From an uncultured Acidimicrobiaceae bacterium (GTDB lineage: Bacteria > Actinomycetota > Acidimicrobiia > Acidimicrobiales > SZUA-35), in NCBI GenBank assembly GCA_947259095.1, contig CAMYLA010000005.1, positions 21,028-85,027 of the forward strand: a stretch of DNA of 64,000 nt, in the 5' to 3' direction. The translations under genes were made by a program, and so were the position numbers. Below the pieces are notes generated by a model that was not told the origin of the DNA, made no database searches, and saw only the letters and a list, made by a program, of their open reading frames with translations. Of the stretch, positions 37,524 to 47,068 are shown piece after piece. Numbering within the stretch: the stretch's first letter is position 1; every line of letters starts with the position of its first letter.

Positions 37524-37698
37524 TACCCAATCTTGAGAATAGTCAGCCCACTTTGTGCTCGATTGGTTCTCGATGCACAAGGGCACCCCTCCAGCGGAGT
37601 CCGGTTGCAGGCCACCGCTCGGTGACGGGCCGCGGTCCGGCGTGCATCGGTGGCCGGCGGCCGCCGATCCGGTCCGGGCAGGGAGCCCGCCGAGACGC

Positions 37699-37989
37699 TC
37701 AGCCGGCGATGAGGTGGGGGGCAACCTGGGCCAGGAGATCGGTGACCTGGGACGCAGGCGGGTTCACCATGGCTGAGCCGGCGACGGCGATCGTCGGCAC
37801 CGTCTCGTTGCCGCCGGCGACCGACCGGACGAACGCCGCTGCGTCGGGATCGTCCCAGATGTTCCGCATGGCCAGGGGGATCCCGGCCGAGAGCAGGTCG
37901 CGTTCGAGCATGGCGCAGAAAGGGCAGCCCGGCCGCCAGTAGAACTCGATCGCCTCTATTGTCGGCGTCGTGCCGTCGCTCGTTGTCAT
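37699..37989 (-). CDS. mycoredoxin / glutaredoxin-like protein (CPFC active site)
   Basis: 96 aa: IEFYWRPGCPFCAMLERDLLSAGIP..ETVPTIAV. Confidence 0.85.
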   Translation of the reverse strand: MTTSDGTTPTIEAIEFYWRPGCPFCAMLERDLLSAGIPLAMRNIWDDPDAAAFVRSVAGGNETVPTIAVAGSAMVNPPASQVTDLLAQVAPHLIAG

Positions 37990-38139
37990 TACCGCTGTTC
38001 CCGATCGTGTGTGAGGGACGGGCGTGGGGCCGGTCCTGACGTGTCTGTTAGGCCGATCACCGAAGTGATCCTGTGATCCCGGCGGTCCAGGTTATCGCTA
38101 CAACCGGTGCCGGTTGCCGAATGTTCCCGGCGCCGGTGA

Positions 38140-39312
38140 TCAGGTCGGGGTCGCCGGCGATCGGTCCCGGCCCCAAAGGTCGGGGGCGGCGAACAACGGC
38201 CCAACTTGGCCCTCGCTCAGGGTTCCCACCACCCGGCCTGCGGTCGGCTCGTGGACCACGACCAGGAAATCGTCGGGTCGGGCCAGCCGGCCGAGGACCT
38301 TGTCGATCGACTCGGTCATCCAGGCCCTGGCCACCTCCGGGGTCGGGCTCATCAGGTCCGACACCCGGCGACTGGAGCGATCGAGGTCGCTCATCGTGGC
38401 CCCGGCGATCGGTATGACGTAGCCGATGGGGTCGGCGGACCAGCGGATGACCGGGAACGCCACCCCCGCCCGCTCGGTGCCGGCGAACGACACCAGCTGC
38501 TCGATGGTCAGGGAGTCCGACACCGCCGGTGGATCGCTGACCATCAGCTGTTGGGCCGTGGTGGACTGCAGTCGCCGCCTGATGGCGGCGGTACCGATCT
38601 CGCTCCTGGCCCCGTTGAACAGGAACAGCGCCACCACCAGCGTCACCACACCCTGCCAACCGCCTCGAAACAGTTGCACCGCCCCGGCGATACCCACCAC
38701 CGTCCCCAGGATCAGCCCGACTCGACCGGAGATGATTCTGGCCGTCTCGGCATCCCGCAGTCGCTTCCAAAGCGCCGCGGTCAGGACCCGGCCACCGTCG
38801 AGCGGGGCCGCCGGGAACAGGTTGAGCACCGCCAACACGAGGTTGACGCCGGCCAACCAGACCAGCGCCCCGAGGGCCAGGTCTCCCAGGAGCTCCAGCC
38901 GATAGGCGGCGTAGGTCCCCGCTCCCAACACCCCGCCGATCACCAGATTCACCGCAGGACCGGCGGCGGCGATCGAGAACTCGGCCCGGGGGGTCGGGGC
39001 CTGCCGTTCCAGTTGGGCGTAACCGCCGAGTAGGGACAGGGTGATGCCGAGGACCCCGACCCCCTGGCGTTTCGCCACCGTGGCGTGACCAAGCTCGTGG
39101 GCCAGGATCGAGGCCAGGAAGCCGGCAACGGTGGCGGTGGCCACCGACAGTCGGACCGTGAGGGTGCTGTCCGGCGCCAGTTGGGAGAAGCCCTGGGTGG
39201 CCAGCGTGATGATGAAGAGCCCGGCCAGGATCGCCAACCCGCCGTTGACCGATATCGGGGTACCACCGATCCGGCCGACCCCGATGCTGTGTGCGAACCG
39301 TTGGCGGGCCAT
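38140..39312 (-). CDS. site-2 (M50) membrane metalloprotease with C-terminal CBS pair
   Basis: ATG at 39312 within ORF 38140..39393: ..FLASILAHELGHATVAKRQGV..LNLFPAAPLDGGRV.. then a CBS-like region. Confidence 0.85.
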   Translation of the reverse strand: MARQRFAHSIGVGRIGGTPISVNGGLAILAGLFIITLATQGFSQLAPDSTLTVRLSVATATVAGFLASILAHELGHATVAKRQGVGVLGITLSLLGGYAQLERQAPTPRAEFSIAAAGPAVNLVIGGVLGAGTYAAYRLELLGDLALGALVWLAGVNLVLAVLNLFPAAPLDGGRVLTAALWKRLRDAETARIISGRVGLILGTVVGIAGAVQLFRGGWQGVVTLVVALFLFNGARSEIGTAAIRRRLQSTTAQQLMVSDPPAVSDSLTIEQLVSFAGTERAGVAFPVIRWSADPIGYVIPIAGATMSDLDRSSRRVSDLMSPTPEVARAWMTESIDKVLGRLARPDDFLVVVHEPTAGRVVGTLSEGQVGPLFAAPDLWGRDRSPATPT

Positions 39313-39358
39313 CACTCCATTGTGGACCGCAAACCACAAAAGGGAGATGTCGGCCGGA

Positions 39359-40114
39359 TCAATCCTCGGGGAAGCCGACCAGGCCGCCGCCATCGAGCAC
39401 CAGCTGCTGGCCGGTGATCCAGCTGCCGGTGTCTGCCGCGAGGTAGAGAGCCGCCCCGGCGATGTCGTCGGGTTCGCCCAACCGCTTCAGCGGGTAACCC
39501 TGAGCCACCTCGAGGCCCCGTTCCCCCTCCCACAGCGCCCTGGCGAAGTCGGTTTTGATGAGCCCGGGGCAGATGGCGTTGACCCGGACCCCGGGCCCCA
39601 GCTCGGCTGCCAGCTGCTCTGTCATGTGGAGCAGGGCCGCTTTGGTGATGCCGTAGACGCCCAGCTGCTCGCTGGTCTTGAGCGCCCCCACCGACGAGAT
39701 GTTGATCACCGCTCCACCGTGATGCTGCATCCAGTGCCGCCACGCCAGTTGGGTCCAGACCAGCGGTGCGGTCAGGTTGACAAGCAACGTCTTGTCCCAG
39801 CGGCCGAGATCGACGTCGATCGTGGGGCCGGCATAGGGGTTTGCGGCGGCGTTGTTGACCAGCACGTCCAGCGACCCGAACCGTTCGATGGTGGCCGCCA
39901 CCGCGGCGTCGGCGGCCTCGGGATCGCCGGTGTTTGCCACCACCCAGCCACAGCCGTTGCCGATCTCGGCCGCAGCACGCTCCAGCGCGTCGGCCTTGCG
40001 GGAGGCGATCATGACCTTGGCCCCGGCCTCGGCGTAGGCCGAGGCGATGGCCAGACCGATGCCCCTCGAGCCCCCGGTCACCAGCGCCGTCTTTCCATCG
40101 AGTCGAATCTCCAT
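39359..40114 (-). CDS. short-chain dehydrogenase/reductase (FabG-like)
   Basis: MEIRLDGKTALVTGGSRGIGLAIA..NNAAAN..YGITKAAL.. Confidence 0.88.
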   Translation of the reverse strand: MEIRLDGKTALVTGGSRGIGLAIASAYAEAGAKVMIASRKADALERAAAEIGNGCGWVVANTGDPEAADAAVAATIERFGSLDVLVNNAAANPYAGPTIDVDLGRWDKTLLVNLTAPLVWTQLAWRHWMQHHGGAVINISSVGALKTSEQLGVYGITKAALLHMTEQLAAELGPGVRVNAICPGLIKTDFARALWEGERGLEVAQGYPLKRLGEPDDIAGAALYLAADTGSWITGQQLVLDGGGLVGFPED

Positions 40115-40206
40115 CCTGCGACGGTAGACGGGCGCCCGTCGCCTGTTCAATGCCGCCGGCGGACCGAAACCCTCATGATCAGGGGTGTACGACCGTTGGG
40201 GGGTGA

Positions 40207-41853
40207 GTGAAGGGAATCAAGGGCGCCGGCTACCCGGCCATCGTGTTACTGGCCGGCGTGATCTCCGCCGTGGTCTGGGTCATCGTCCTCGACTACGTCT
40301 ACGAATTGACGCCGACCGGGCTGGTCCAGGCCCTGAGCTCCGGCATGCTCGGCGCGGCCGGCGCCTCGTTCGGGGCGCTGGTGTTGATGCTGGTGGCGAA
40401 ACCTGATCAGCGCAAGCTCGACCAGGTGGCCCACGACGCCAGACACGATGCGCTGACCGGGCTGCCGAACCGGGCCGAGCTGTTCCGGGTCCTCGATGCC
40501 TCGATCATCGAGGCCAACCGGGCCGACATGGTGCTCGGGGTGCTGTTCCTCGATCTCGACCGGTTCAAGATGATCAACGACTCGATGGGTCACGAGGTCG
40601 GCGACGAGGTGCTTCGAATCGTTGGCGAACGGCTCCGGTCGACCATTCGCAACAGCGACGTCGTTGCCAGGCTGGGCGGCGACGAGTTCGTCGTGCTGTG
40701 CCGGGATCTGATGTCGCCGGACTCGGTGGTCGCCATGGCCCAGCAGATCCTCAAGCGGTTCAAGGAGCCGGTGGCCCTCAACGGCCAGGACTACCGAATC
40801 GGCACCAGCATCGGCATCTCGATCGCCCACCCCGGCAAGGACCGCCTGGCCGACGACCTCATGCGGGACGCCGATGCCGCCATGTACCGGGCCAAGGAGA
40901 CCAAGTCCGGCTTCGCCGTGTTCGACGACGAGCACCGGCTGCAGGTCATGGACCGGATGGACATCGAACGTGACCTGCAACATGCGTTCGACCGCCAGGA
41001 GCTCGTCGTCTACTACCAGCCGATCGTCGATGTCGACGCCCGATCTCTGTACGGGTTCGAGGCGCTGGTCCGCTGGAATCATCCGACCAAGGGTCTGCTC
41101 GGGCCGGGGGCGTTCATGCGGGTGGCCGAGGACGCCGGTCTGATGGCAAGGCTCGGTGAGTTCGTGCTGCGGGAAGCCTGCGCCCAGGCCGCAGTGTGGA
41201 ACCACATCTCGCCCGCCGCCCAGGAGGTCAAGATGAGCGTCAACCTCGCCGAGCAGCAACTGGTCGACACCAGTCTGCCCCGCCGGGTTGCCGATGTGTT
41301 GAGCTGGGCCGGCCTGAACCCCCACCAGTTGGTCCTGGAGATCACCGAGGATGTCATCGTCGACCACCTCGGAGGCCTCGACACCCTTCGTGAGCTTCGT
41401 GATCTTGGCATCGATCTGTCGATCGACGACTTCGGGACCGGGCAATCGTCGTTGGGTTACGTGAAGCAGTTCGACATGGTCACCGGGCTGAAGATCGACC
41501 AGCGATTCGTCCGCGACATGCGAAGCGGCGAGGCCGATCGGGCCATCATCGAAGCGGTGCTGGCCATGGCCACCGCCCTTGACATGCGGGTGGTCGCCGA
41601 GGGCGTCGAATACGAGGATCAGCTCAAGGAGCTGCAGCGACTCGGGGTCAGCCTGATGCAGGGATACCTGTTCAACAGCCCCGTCGGCGCCGATCTCATC
41701 GACCCCACGATCTGGTTCCCGACGCCAACCACCGACCCGTCGCAGCTCGGTCCGGAGGCGGTCGGCCAGGGGTTCGCCCGGTCCGGTGCGGCCAGAGCGG
41801 CGGCCAACGTCGGCCTGGCCGCCGGTGGGTCCGAGCGCCTTTCCGCTCCCTAG
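40207..41853 (+). CDS. membrane-anchored GGDEF-EAL protein (diguanylate cyclase / c-di-GMP phosphodiesterase)
   Basis: 548 aa with two N-terminal TM segments. It has an RNSD I-site five residues before RLGGDEFVVL, and EAL-domain motifs FEALVRW, DDFGTG and KIDQRFV. Confidence 0.9.
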   Translation: MKGIKGAGYPAIVLLAGVISAVVWVIVLDYVYELTPTGLVQALSSGMLGAAGASFGALVLMLVAKPDQRKLDQVAHDARHDALTGLPNRAELFRVLDASIIEANRADMVLGVLFLDLDRFKMINDSMGHEVGDEVLRIVGERLRSTIRNSDVVARLGGDEFVVLCRDLMSPDSVVAMAQQILKRFKEPVALNGQDYRIGTSIGISIAHPGKDRLADDLMRDADAAMYRAKETKSGFAVFDDEHRLQVMDRMDIERDLQHAFDRQELVVYYQPIVDVDARSLYGFEALVRWNHPTKGLLGPGAFMRVAEDAGLMARLGEFVLREACAQAAVWNHISPAAQEVKMSVNLAEQQLVDTSLPRRVADVLSWAGLNPHQLVLEITEDVIVDHLGGLDTLRELRDLGIDLSIDDFGTGQSSLGYVKQFDMVTGLKIDQRFVRDMRSGEADRAIIEAVLAMATALDMRVVAEGVEYEDQLKELQRLGVSLMQGYLFNSPVGADLIDPTIWFPTPTTDPSQLGPEAVGQGFARSGAARAAANVGLAAGGSERLSAP

Positions 41854-42704
41854 CCGGCGCTCGGCGGTGGCTCCCGCTCGTCGTCTGGCGGGGGTGCGAC
41901 GAAATCGATCAGTTCTTCGACCGCGCCGACCAGCGACGGTTCCAGGTCCCGGTAGGACGTGACCCGGCTCAGGATCACCCGCCACAATTCGCCGGTGGTT
42001 CCACCGAAGCCGAAGGCGGCCCGGATGCCCTCCTTCCAGTCGGTCCCCTTCGGGATCGCCGGCCAGGCCTCGATGCCGATGACCGACGGCTTGACCGCCT
42101 GCCACACGTCGACATAGCGGTGGCCGGTGATCAAGACGTTGTCCCTGGCGGCTGCGGTGGCGAGCCGGTACTCCTTGGAGTCGGCCACGAGGTGATCGAG
42201 CAGCACCCCGAGCCGCCGATCGGGGCTTGGGGCGAACTCGGCCACGATCCCGGCCAGGTCATCGGCCCCGTGCAGGGGTTCGACCACCACGCCTTCGGCC
42301 CGGAGATCATCACCCCAGATCTTCTCCACCAGCTCGGCGTCGTGCAGACCCTCGACCACGATCCGGCTGGCCGCCGCCACCCTGGCCCCGCGATCCTCGG
42401 GGGCGACCGAACCGGAGGCGGTCATCGCCGGCGACGTGCGGCCGGTCGGGGGGCGCACCAGGTTGACGGTCCGCCCCGAGACCGAGAATGCCCCGGCCGC
42501 CACCGGCAGCGTGTGCTCCCGGCCCTTCCCGTCCCGCAGCACCACCTGCTGGGGCGAGAATTTCAGGACCCGGCCGACGACGCCGCTGGTCCTGTGGCGA
42601 ACCACCAGGCCCCGCTCGGCGGGCTGCTTCGGCCACTCCCTGCGTTGGCCCCGGCCGCCGTCTGCATCGATCGGTCCGCTGAGTATTCCCGACACGTCGG
42701 CCAC
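41850..42704 (-). CDS. DUF3097-family conserved actinobacterial protein
   Basis: ..GLVVRHRTSGVVGRVLKFSPQQVVLRDGKG..VVEGLHDAELVEKIWGDDLR..LLDHLV..ITGHRYVDVWQAVKP. GTG start at 42704 (or 42695). Confidence 0.75.
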   Translation of the reverse strand: MADVSGILSGPIDADGGRGQRREWPKQPAERGLVVRHRTSGVVGRVLKFSPQQVVLRDGKGREHTLPVAAGAFSVSGRTVNLVRPPTGRTSPAMTASGSVAPEDRGARVAAASRIVVEGLHDAELVEKIWGDDLRAEGVVVEPLHGADDLAGIVAEFAPSPDRRLGVLLDHLVADSKEYRLATAAARDNVLITGHRYVDVWQAVKPSVIGIEAWPAIPKGTDWKEGIRAAFGFGGTTGELWRVILSRVTSYRDLEPSLVGAVEELIDFVAPPPDDEREPPPSAG

Positions 42705-42801
42705 GCTAGCCCATCGGCCGGTGCCGGCGGTCGAGGCGGTGTGGCGGTGTGGACCCGATGGCGGCTGCGCCGGCCGGGTCCGGGATCGGCCGATCAGGCG
42801 G

Positions 42802-43524
42802 TCAGCCGGTGGCATCCTCGGTTTCCGGCAGCGGGGCGTCGAGCAGGCGGGCGAACGGCCTGGCCATCATGTTGTAGCCGAGGTCGCTGGGGTGGAACCG
42901 ATCGGCCGCCAACCGCTGTTGGGGCGGCGGGCCCGGTTCCCGCCACGGATCGATGATCACCATGCCGTGTTCGTCTGCCGCATTCCTGATGGCCCGGTTG
43001 GCCACCCTGGCCCGCTCCGAGCCTCCGGCCACCACGCCGACGACGCTGTCGGCCGGCAGGCCGCCGATCAGGGTTCGGAGCCGTTCCCGTAGAGCCGTGG
43101 TATCGCTCGACCAGACGACGTCGTTGGTGCCGATGACGGTGATGGTGAGGTCTGGGACCCGCCTGGTCCGGCTCAGCTCGGCCAGGATCGGCAGCTGGCG
43201 CTCGATCCCGTCGGCCGCTCGGGCTCCCGACTGGGCCAGGTTCACCACCCGCCAACGCCGACCGTCCCGCCGGCCGAGCGCCTCCCGGACCAGGCCGACG
43301 TAGCCGAGGTCCGGCCACGAGGCCCCGATCCCGATGGCGGTGGAGTCGCCGATGACCACCAGCAGCGGCCCGTCGGCCAGCAGCTCCGACTGGTTCTGAT
43401 CGCTCCACCATCGGGTGTATGGCTCGATCTGGGCCGACACCCTGCGGATCCCCGGCACGACCAGGCCCGCGGCCCGCAGGGCCAGGCCGGGCCGTTTGGG
43501 GTGCAGTGGGGGCACGCTGTTCAC
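42802..43524 (-). CDS. SGNH/GDSL-family hydrolase
   Basis: 240 aa: LLVVIGDSTAIGIGAS..TVIGTNDV..DRFHPSDLGY. Confidence 0.8.
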   Translation of the reverse strand: MNSVPPLHPKRPGLALRAAGLVVPGIRRVSAQIEPYTRWWSDQNQSELLADGPLLVVIGDSTAIGIGASWPDLGYVGLVREALGRRDGRRWRVVNLAQSGARAADGIERQLPILAELSRTRRVPDLTITVIGTNDVVWSSDTTALRERLRTLIGGLPADSVVGVVAGGSERARVANRAIRNAADEHGMVIIDPWREPGPPPQQRLAADRFHPSDLGYNMMARPFARLLDAPLPETEDATG

Positions 43525-43621
43525 CGCTCCAGTGTGGCGGCGCAGAGCTGGTTTACGCCGAACCGGGCGTTGCAGCCCGCAGCGTCGGGCTCGGCCCCGC
43601 CGGCCTCATCCCGGGCTCGCC

Positions 43622-43648
43622 ATGGCTCGGTGGGTCACGACCCGGTGA
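43622..43648 (+). other. candidate 8-codon upstream ORF (MARWVTTR) in the ABC-F leader
   Basis: ATG GCT CGG TGG GTC ACG ACC CGG TGA read directly at 43622-43648. Its stop lies inside the first copy of the tandem repeat. Confidence 0.2.
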
Positions 43649-43691
43649 GGGCTGGGGTGACGGCCCGGTCAGGGCTGGGGTGACGGCCCGG
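43641..43691. repeat. 23-bp tandem direct repeat, about 2.2 copies
   Basis: cccggtgagggctggggtgacgg (43641-43663) and cccggtcagggctggggtgacgg (43664-43686), followed by a partial copy cccgg. Confidence 0.85.
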
Positions 43692-43718
43692 CACCCCGAG
43701 CGGGTACCGTCGCCAGCA

Positions 43719-45611
43719 GTGATTCTGGTCGATGCCGTCGATGTCACCATGACCCGTCCCGATCGGGCCCTGTTCGACCGGGTGTCGCTGACCGTGTCCA
43801 GCGGCGACCGCATCGGGGTGATCGGCATCAACGGCAGCGGCAAGTCCACGTTGCTGCGGGTACTGGCCGGGTCGACCCCGCCGGAATCGGGGGAGGTCCG
43901 ATTCGGTCGGGGGGTCACCGTGTCGGTCTTGGACCAGGAGGCGGCGCTGCCCGAAGGCACCGTGTTCCAGGCGGTCGATGCCGGTGGCGGTTCGAGCGAG
44001 CGGTGGGAGATCGAGGAGGTCCTGCAGCGGGTCGGCATGGGGGACCACCTCGATCGCCAGACCACCTCGCTGTCGGGAGGCGAGGCCAAGCGGGTGGCGT
44101 TGGCCCGGGCACTGCTGCAGCCGGCCGATCTGCTGTTCCTGGACGAGCCGACCAACCATCTCGACCTCGACGCCATCGAGTGGTTGGAGCATCGCCTGGC
44201 CGGCCATCGCGGTGGCCTGATCCTGGTGACCCACGACCGGCACCTGCTCGACCGGCTGACCACCCGGATGCTGGAGCTCGACCGGGGTCGAGGCCACGTG
44301 CACAATCAGGGCTACAGCGGCTACCTGGAGGCCCGGCGGGATCGTGAGGCCGACGCCGCCACCGCCGAGGCCGTTCGTCGGAATCTGGCCCGGAGCGAGC
44401 TGGCGTGGTTGCGGCGGGGTGCCCCGGCCCGGACCTCCAAGCCCAAGGCCCGGATCGAGGCGGCAAAGGCCCTGGTCGAGGGGCGCCCCGAGGGCCCGGC
44501 GCGCCCCGCTGAGCTCCACCTCGAGTTCCCGACCCCCCGTCTCGGCGACGTGGTGGTCGAGCTGGAGGACGTCACGGTCGCCACGCCGGACGGTCGGGTG
44601 CTGTGTGCCGACGTCGAGCTCCGGCTCGACAACCGGGAACGCCTCGGCATCGTCGGCCCGAATGGCGCCGGCAAGACGTCGCTGCTGGATGTGATCGCCG
44701 GCCGCCGCCGCCCCGATGCCGGCAAGGTCACCTTCGGGTCCACGGTGGAGATCGGGTACTACGACCAGATGGGGATGACCCTCGATCCCGGCGCCCGGGC
44801 CCGTGAGGTGGTGGCCGGCCCCCATCGGAGCCCGGACTGGACCGATGCCAGGCTGCTGGAGGCGTTCTGGTTCGACGCCGACGCCCAGTGGGCCGAGGTC
44901 CGGACCCTGTCCGGGGGCGAGCGTCGGCGGCTGCAACTGCTGCGGGTGCTGGCCGACCGCCCGAACGTGTTGTTGCTCGACGAGCCGACAAATGATCTCG
45001 ATCTCGAGACGCTGCGGGCGCTGGAGGACTTCCTGGAGGATTGGCCGGGGGCGGTGGTGGTCATCAGCCACGACCGGGCCTTCCTGGAGCGGGTCGTCAC
45101 CGACGCCCTGATCATGGACGGCACCGGCACCGCAGCCCGCTATCCCGGTGGGTTCTCCGCCTGGGACGGCGATCGTAGGGCCAAAGGCGGGACCCGACAG
45201 GCCGTCGGCTCCGGCCGGGTCACCGGACTGCCCGGGTCGCCGGGTGCGTCTGGCGCATCGAGCCGGGGCGCGTCGGGCCCGGGGTCGCCGGGCCGGGGTT
45301 CGTCTGGCCGGGGGTCGTCGAACACCGCAGCCGATCGTGGCGCCGAGGATGGGGGACGGCCCGGAGGTCGGAAGCGGTCGTCGGCCGGGCGCTCGTCGAG
45401 CACCCTGGGCCACCTGCTGCGACGGGTCGAAAAGGAAGTGGCGAAGCTGGAGAAGCAGAAGGCCGAGCTCGAGCGGGAGCTGCTGGCGGCGGGGGCGGAC
45501 CACCAGCGGTTGACCGAACTGGGCGACCGGCTGACTGCGGTCAGCGCCTCCCTGGCCGACGCCGAGGAACGATGGATGGGGTTGGCCGAGGAGCAGGAAG
45601 CCAAGGGTTGA
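43719..45611 (+). CDS. ABC-F family ATPase (two ABC domains, no TM; Uup/EttA-like translation factor type) with C-terminal coiled coil
   Basis: GTG at 43719: VILVDAVDVTMTRPDRALFDRVSL..GINGSGKSTLL..LSGGEAKRVALA..LLFLDEPTNHLD..GPNGAGKTSLL..LSGGERRRLQLL..LLLDEPTNDLD. Confidence 0.88.
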   Translation: MILVDAVDVTMTRPDRALFDRVSLTVSSGDRIGVIGINGSGKSTLLRVLAGSTPPESGEVRFGRGVTVSVLDQEAALPEGTVFQAVDAGGGSSERWEIEEVLQRVGMGDHLDRQTTSLSGGEAKRVALARALLQPADLLFLDEPTNHLDLDAIEWLEHRLAGHRGGLILVTHDRHLLDRLTTRMLELDRGRGHVHNQGYSGYLEARRDREADAATAEAVRRNLARSELAWLRRGAPARTSKPKARIEAAKALVEGRPEGPARPAELHLEFPTPRLGDVVVELEDVTVATPDGRVLCADVELRLDNRERLGIVGPNGAGKTSLLDVIAGRRRPDAGKVTFGSTVEIGYYDQMGMTLDPGARAREVVAGPHRSPDWTDARLLEAFWFDADAQWAEVRTLSGGERRRLQLLRVLADRPNVLLLDEPTNDLDLETLRALEDFLEDWPGAVVVISHDRAFLERVVTDALIMDGTGTAARYPGGFSAWDGDRRAKGGTRQAVGSGRVTGLPGSPGASGASSRGASGPGSPGRGSSGRGSSNTAADRGAEDGGRPGGRKRSSAGRSSSTLGHLLRRVEKEVAKLEKQKAELERELLAAGADHQRLTELGDRLTAVSASLADAEERWMGLAEEQEAKG

Positions 45612-45737
45612 CCACCTGGCGTCGCCATGGTGGTGCCCGCCCCGACCGGGGCGAAGGACTGGTCGAGTTTCGATCTCCGGCCCAGCGATGGCTATGTTCG
45701 ACCCGATGGTGCGCCGGCGACGGCGTCGAACCCGAGG

Positions 45738-46886
45738 ATGGTGGACACCGTGCGAACCGAAACGGAACTGCGAGCGCTGACCGGGATCAAATGGAACCGC
45801 GATCCGAACGACGTCATCCCGGCCTGGGTGGCCGACATGGATCTGCCGCCGCCTGACTTCGCCGTCAATGCGGTGACGGACCTGGCCGAGCGGGGCGACT
45901 TCGGCTACAGCCGTCATGCGGTCGGGCGGTTGCCGGAGAGCTTCTGTCGCTGGCAGGCCCGCTACCACCGGTGGGAGCCGGAGGTGGACCAGGTCGTGCT
46001 GTTCAACGATGTGCTGCATGCGATCGTCCACGCCATCTGGCTCCACACCGACCCCGGCGACGGGATCGTGCTGCTGACCCCGATCTACCCACCGTTCATC
46101 AACGTCATCGAAGGGGCCGGGCGCCGGGTCGTCGACGTCCCCCTCGATCCTGACGGTTGGCGGCTCGACCCCGAACGGTTGGCGGCGGCGATCGACGAGA
46201 CCACCAGCGTGATCCTGCTGTGCAATCCTCACAACCCGACCGGACGGGTGCTCGACGGCCCGGAACGGGAGGCCATCGCCAGGGTGGTCGAGGAGCACGA
46301 CCTGCTGCTGATCAGCGACGAGGTGTGGGGTGACCTGACCCACCCCGGGGCGGTTCACGTCCCGATGGCCACCGTCGGCAGCGACGTCGGCCGGCGAATG
46401 ATCACCATCTCCTCGGCCAGCAAGGCGTTCAACCTGGCCGGCCTGCGGTGTGCGGTGGCCCATATCGGCTCGCCGCAACTGGCGGCCCGGTTCGACGCCC
46501 TGCCGCCACATTTCCTGGGGGCGGTCGGCACCCCCGGCGCCGAGGCCGCCCTTCGGTGCTGGACCGAGGGCCACGAGTGGTTGGCCGACACCCGGTCCTA
46601 CCTCACAGATCGACGGGATCAGCTGGCGAAGCGGGTGGAGGAGGACCTGCCAGGCGTCGGGTTCCAGACGCCGGAGGCGACCTATCTGGCCTGGCTCGAC
46701 TTCAACGGGCTCGGGCTGGACCGGGAACCGCAGGAGTGGTTCTTCGACAACGCCAGGGTGGCCCTCTCGCCCGGTCCCGACTTCGGTCCCCACGGGGCCG
46801 GTTTCGTTCGGATCAACACCGCAACGTCACCGGAGTTGCTCGACACGATCATCGACAGAATGGCTACGGCGGTGGCCGACCGGTAG
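45738..46886 (+). CDS. class I/II PLP-dependent C-S lyase / aminotransferase (MalY/PatB-like)
   Basis: ATG at 45738: ..GIKWNRDPNDVIPAWVADMDLPPP..LLTPIYPPF..LCNPHNPTGRV..ITISSASKAFNLAGLR.. Confidence 0.8.
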   Translation: MVDTVRTETELRALTGIKWNRDPNDVIPAWVADMDLPPPDFAVNAVTDLAERGDFGYSRHAVGRLPESFCRWQARYHRWEPEVDQVVLFNDVLHAIVHAIWLHTDPGDGIVLLTPIYPPFINVIEGAGRRVVDVPLDPDGWRLDPERLAAAIDETTSVILLCNPHNPTGRVLDGPEREAIARVVEEHDLLLISDEVWGDLTHPGAVHVPMATVGSDVGRRMITISSASKAFNLAGLRCAVAHIGSPQLAARFDALPPHFLGAVGTPGAEAALRCWTEGHEWLADTRSYLTDRRDQLAKRVEEDLPGVGFQTPEATYLAWLDFNGLGLDREPQEWFFDNARVALSPGPDFGPHGAGFVRINTATSPELLDTIIDRMATAVADR

Positions 46887-47068
46887 ACGCCAACCGGGCC
46901 GTCGACGGGGCCGGCAGCGGCGCTGCGGACCGGCCATGCTCGAGTGGTGGCCGGGATCCGGAACCCCTGCGGGGCTTCCGTAGCCGGCGGTCACGTAACG
47001 TCGTCACCGGCCACGAACAGAACTCGAGGCCTTTCCATCTTGGTCGCCGGTGGGCCAAGATATGGCTC

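Noticed and set aside
38055-38078. GATCAC-cgaa-GTGATC-ct-GTGATC motif cluster upstream of the mycoredoxin gene, as an operator
   Set aside because: These are short 6-bp arms that could arise by chance. I have no supporting evidence such as a nearby regulator or conservation.
43641-43691. The tandem 23-bp repeat as a CRISPR fragment
   Set aside because: There are only 2.2 directly adjacent copies with no spacers, and no cas genes lie in the window.
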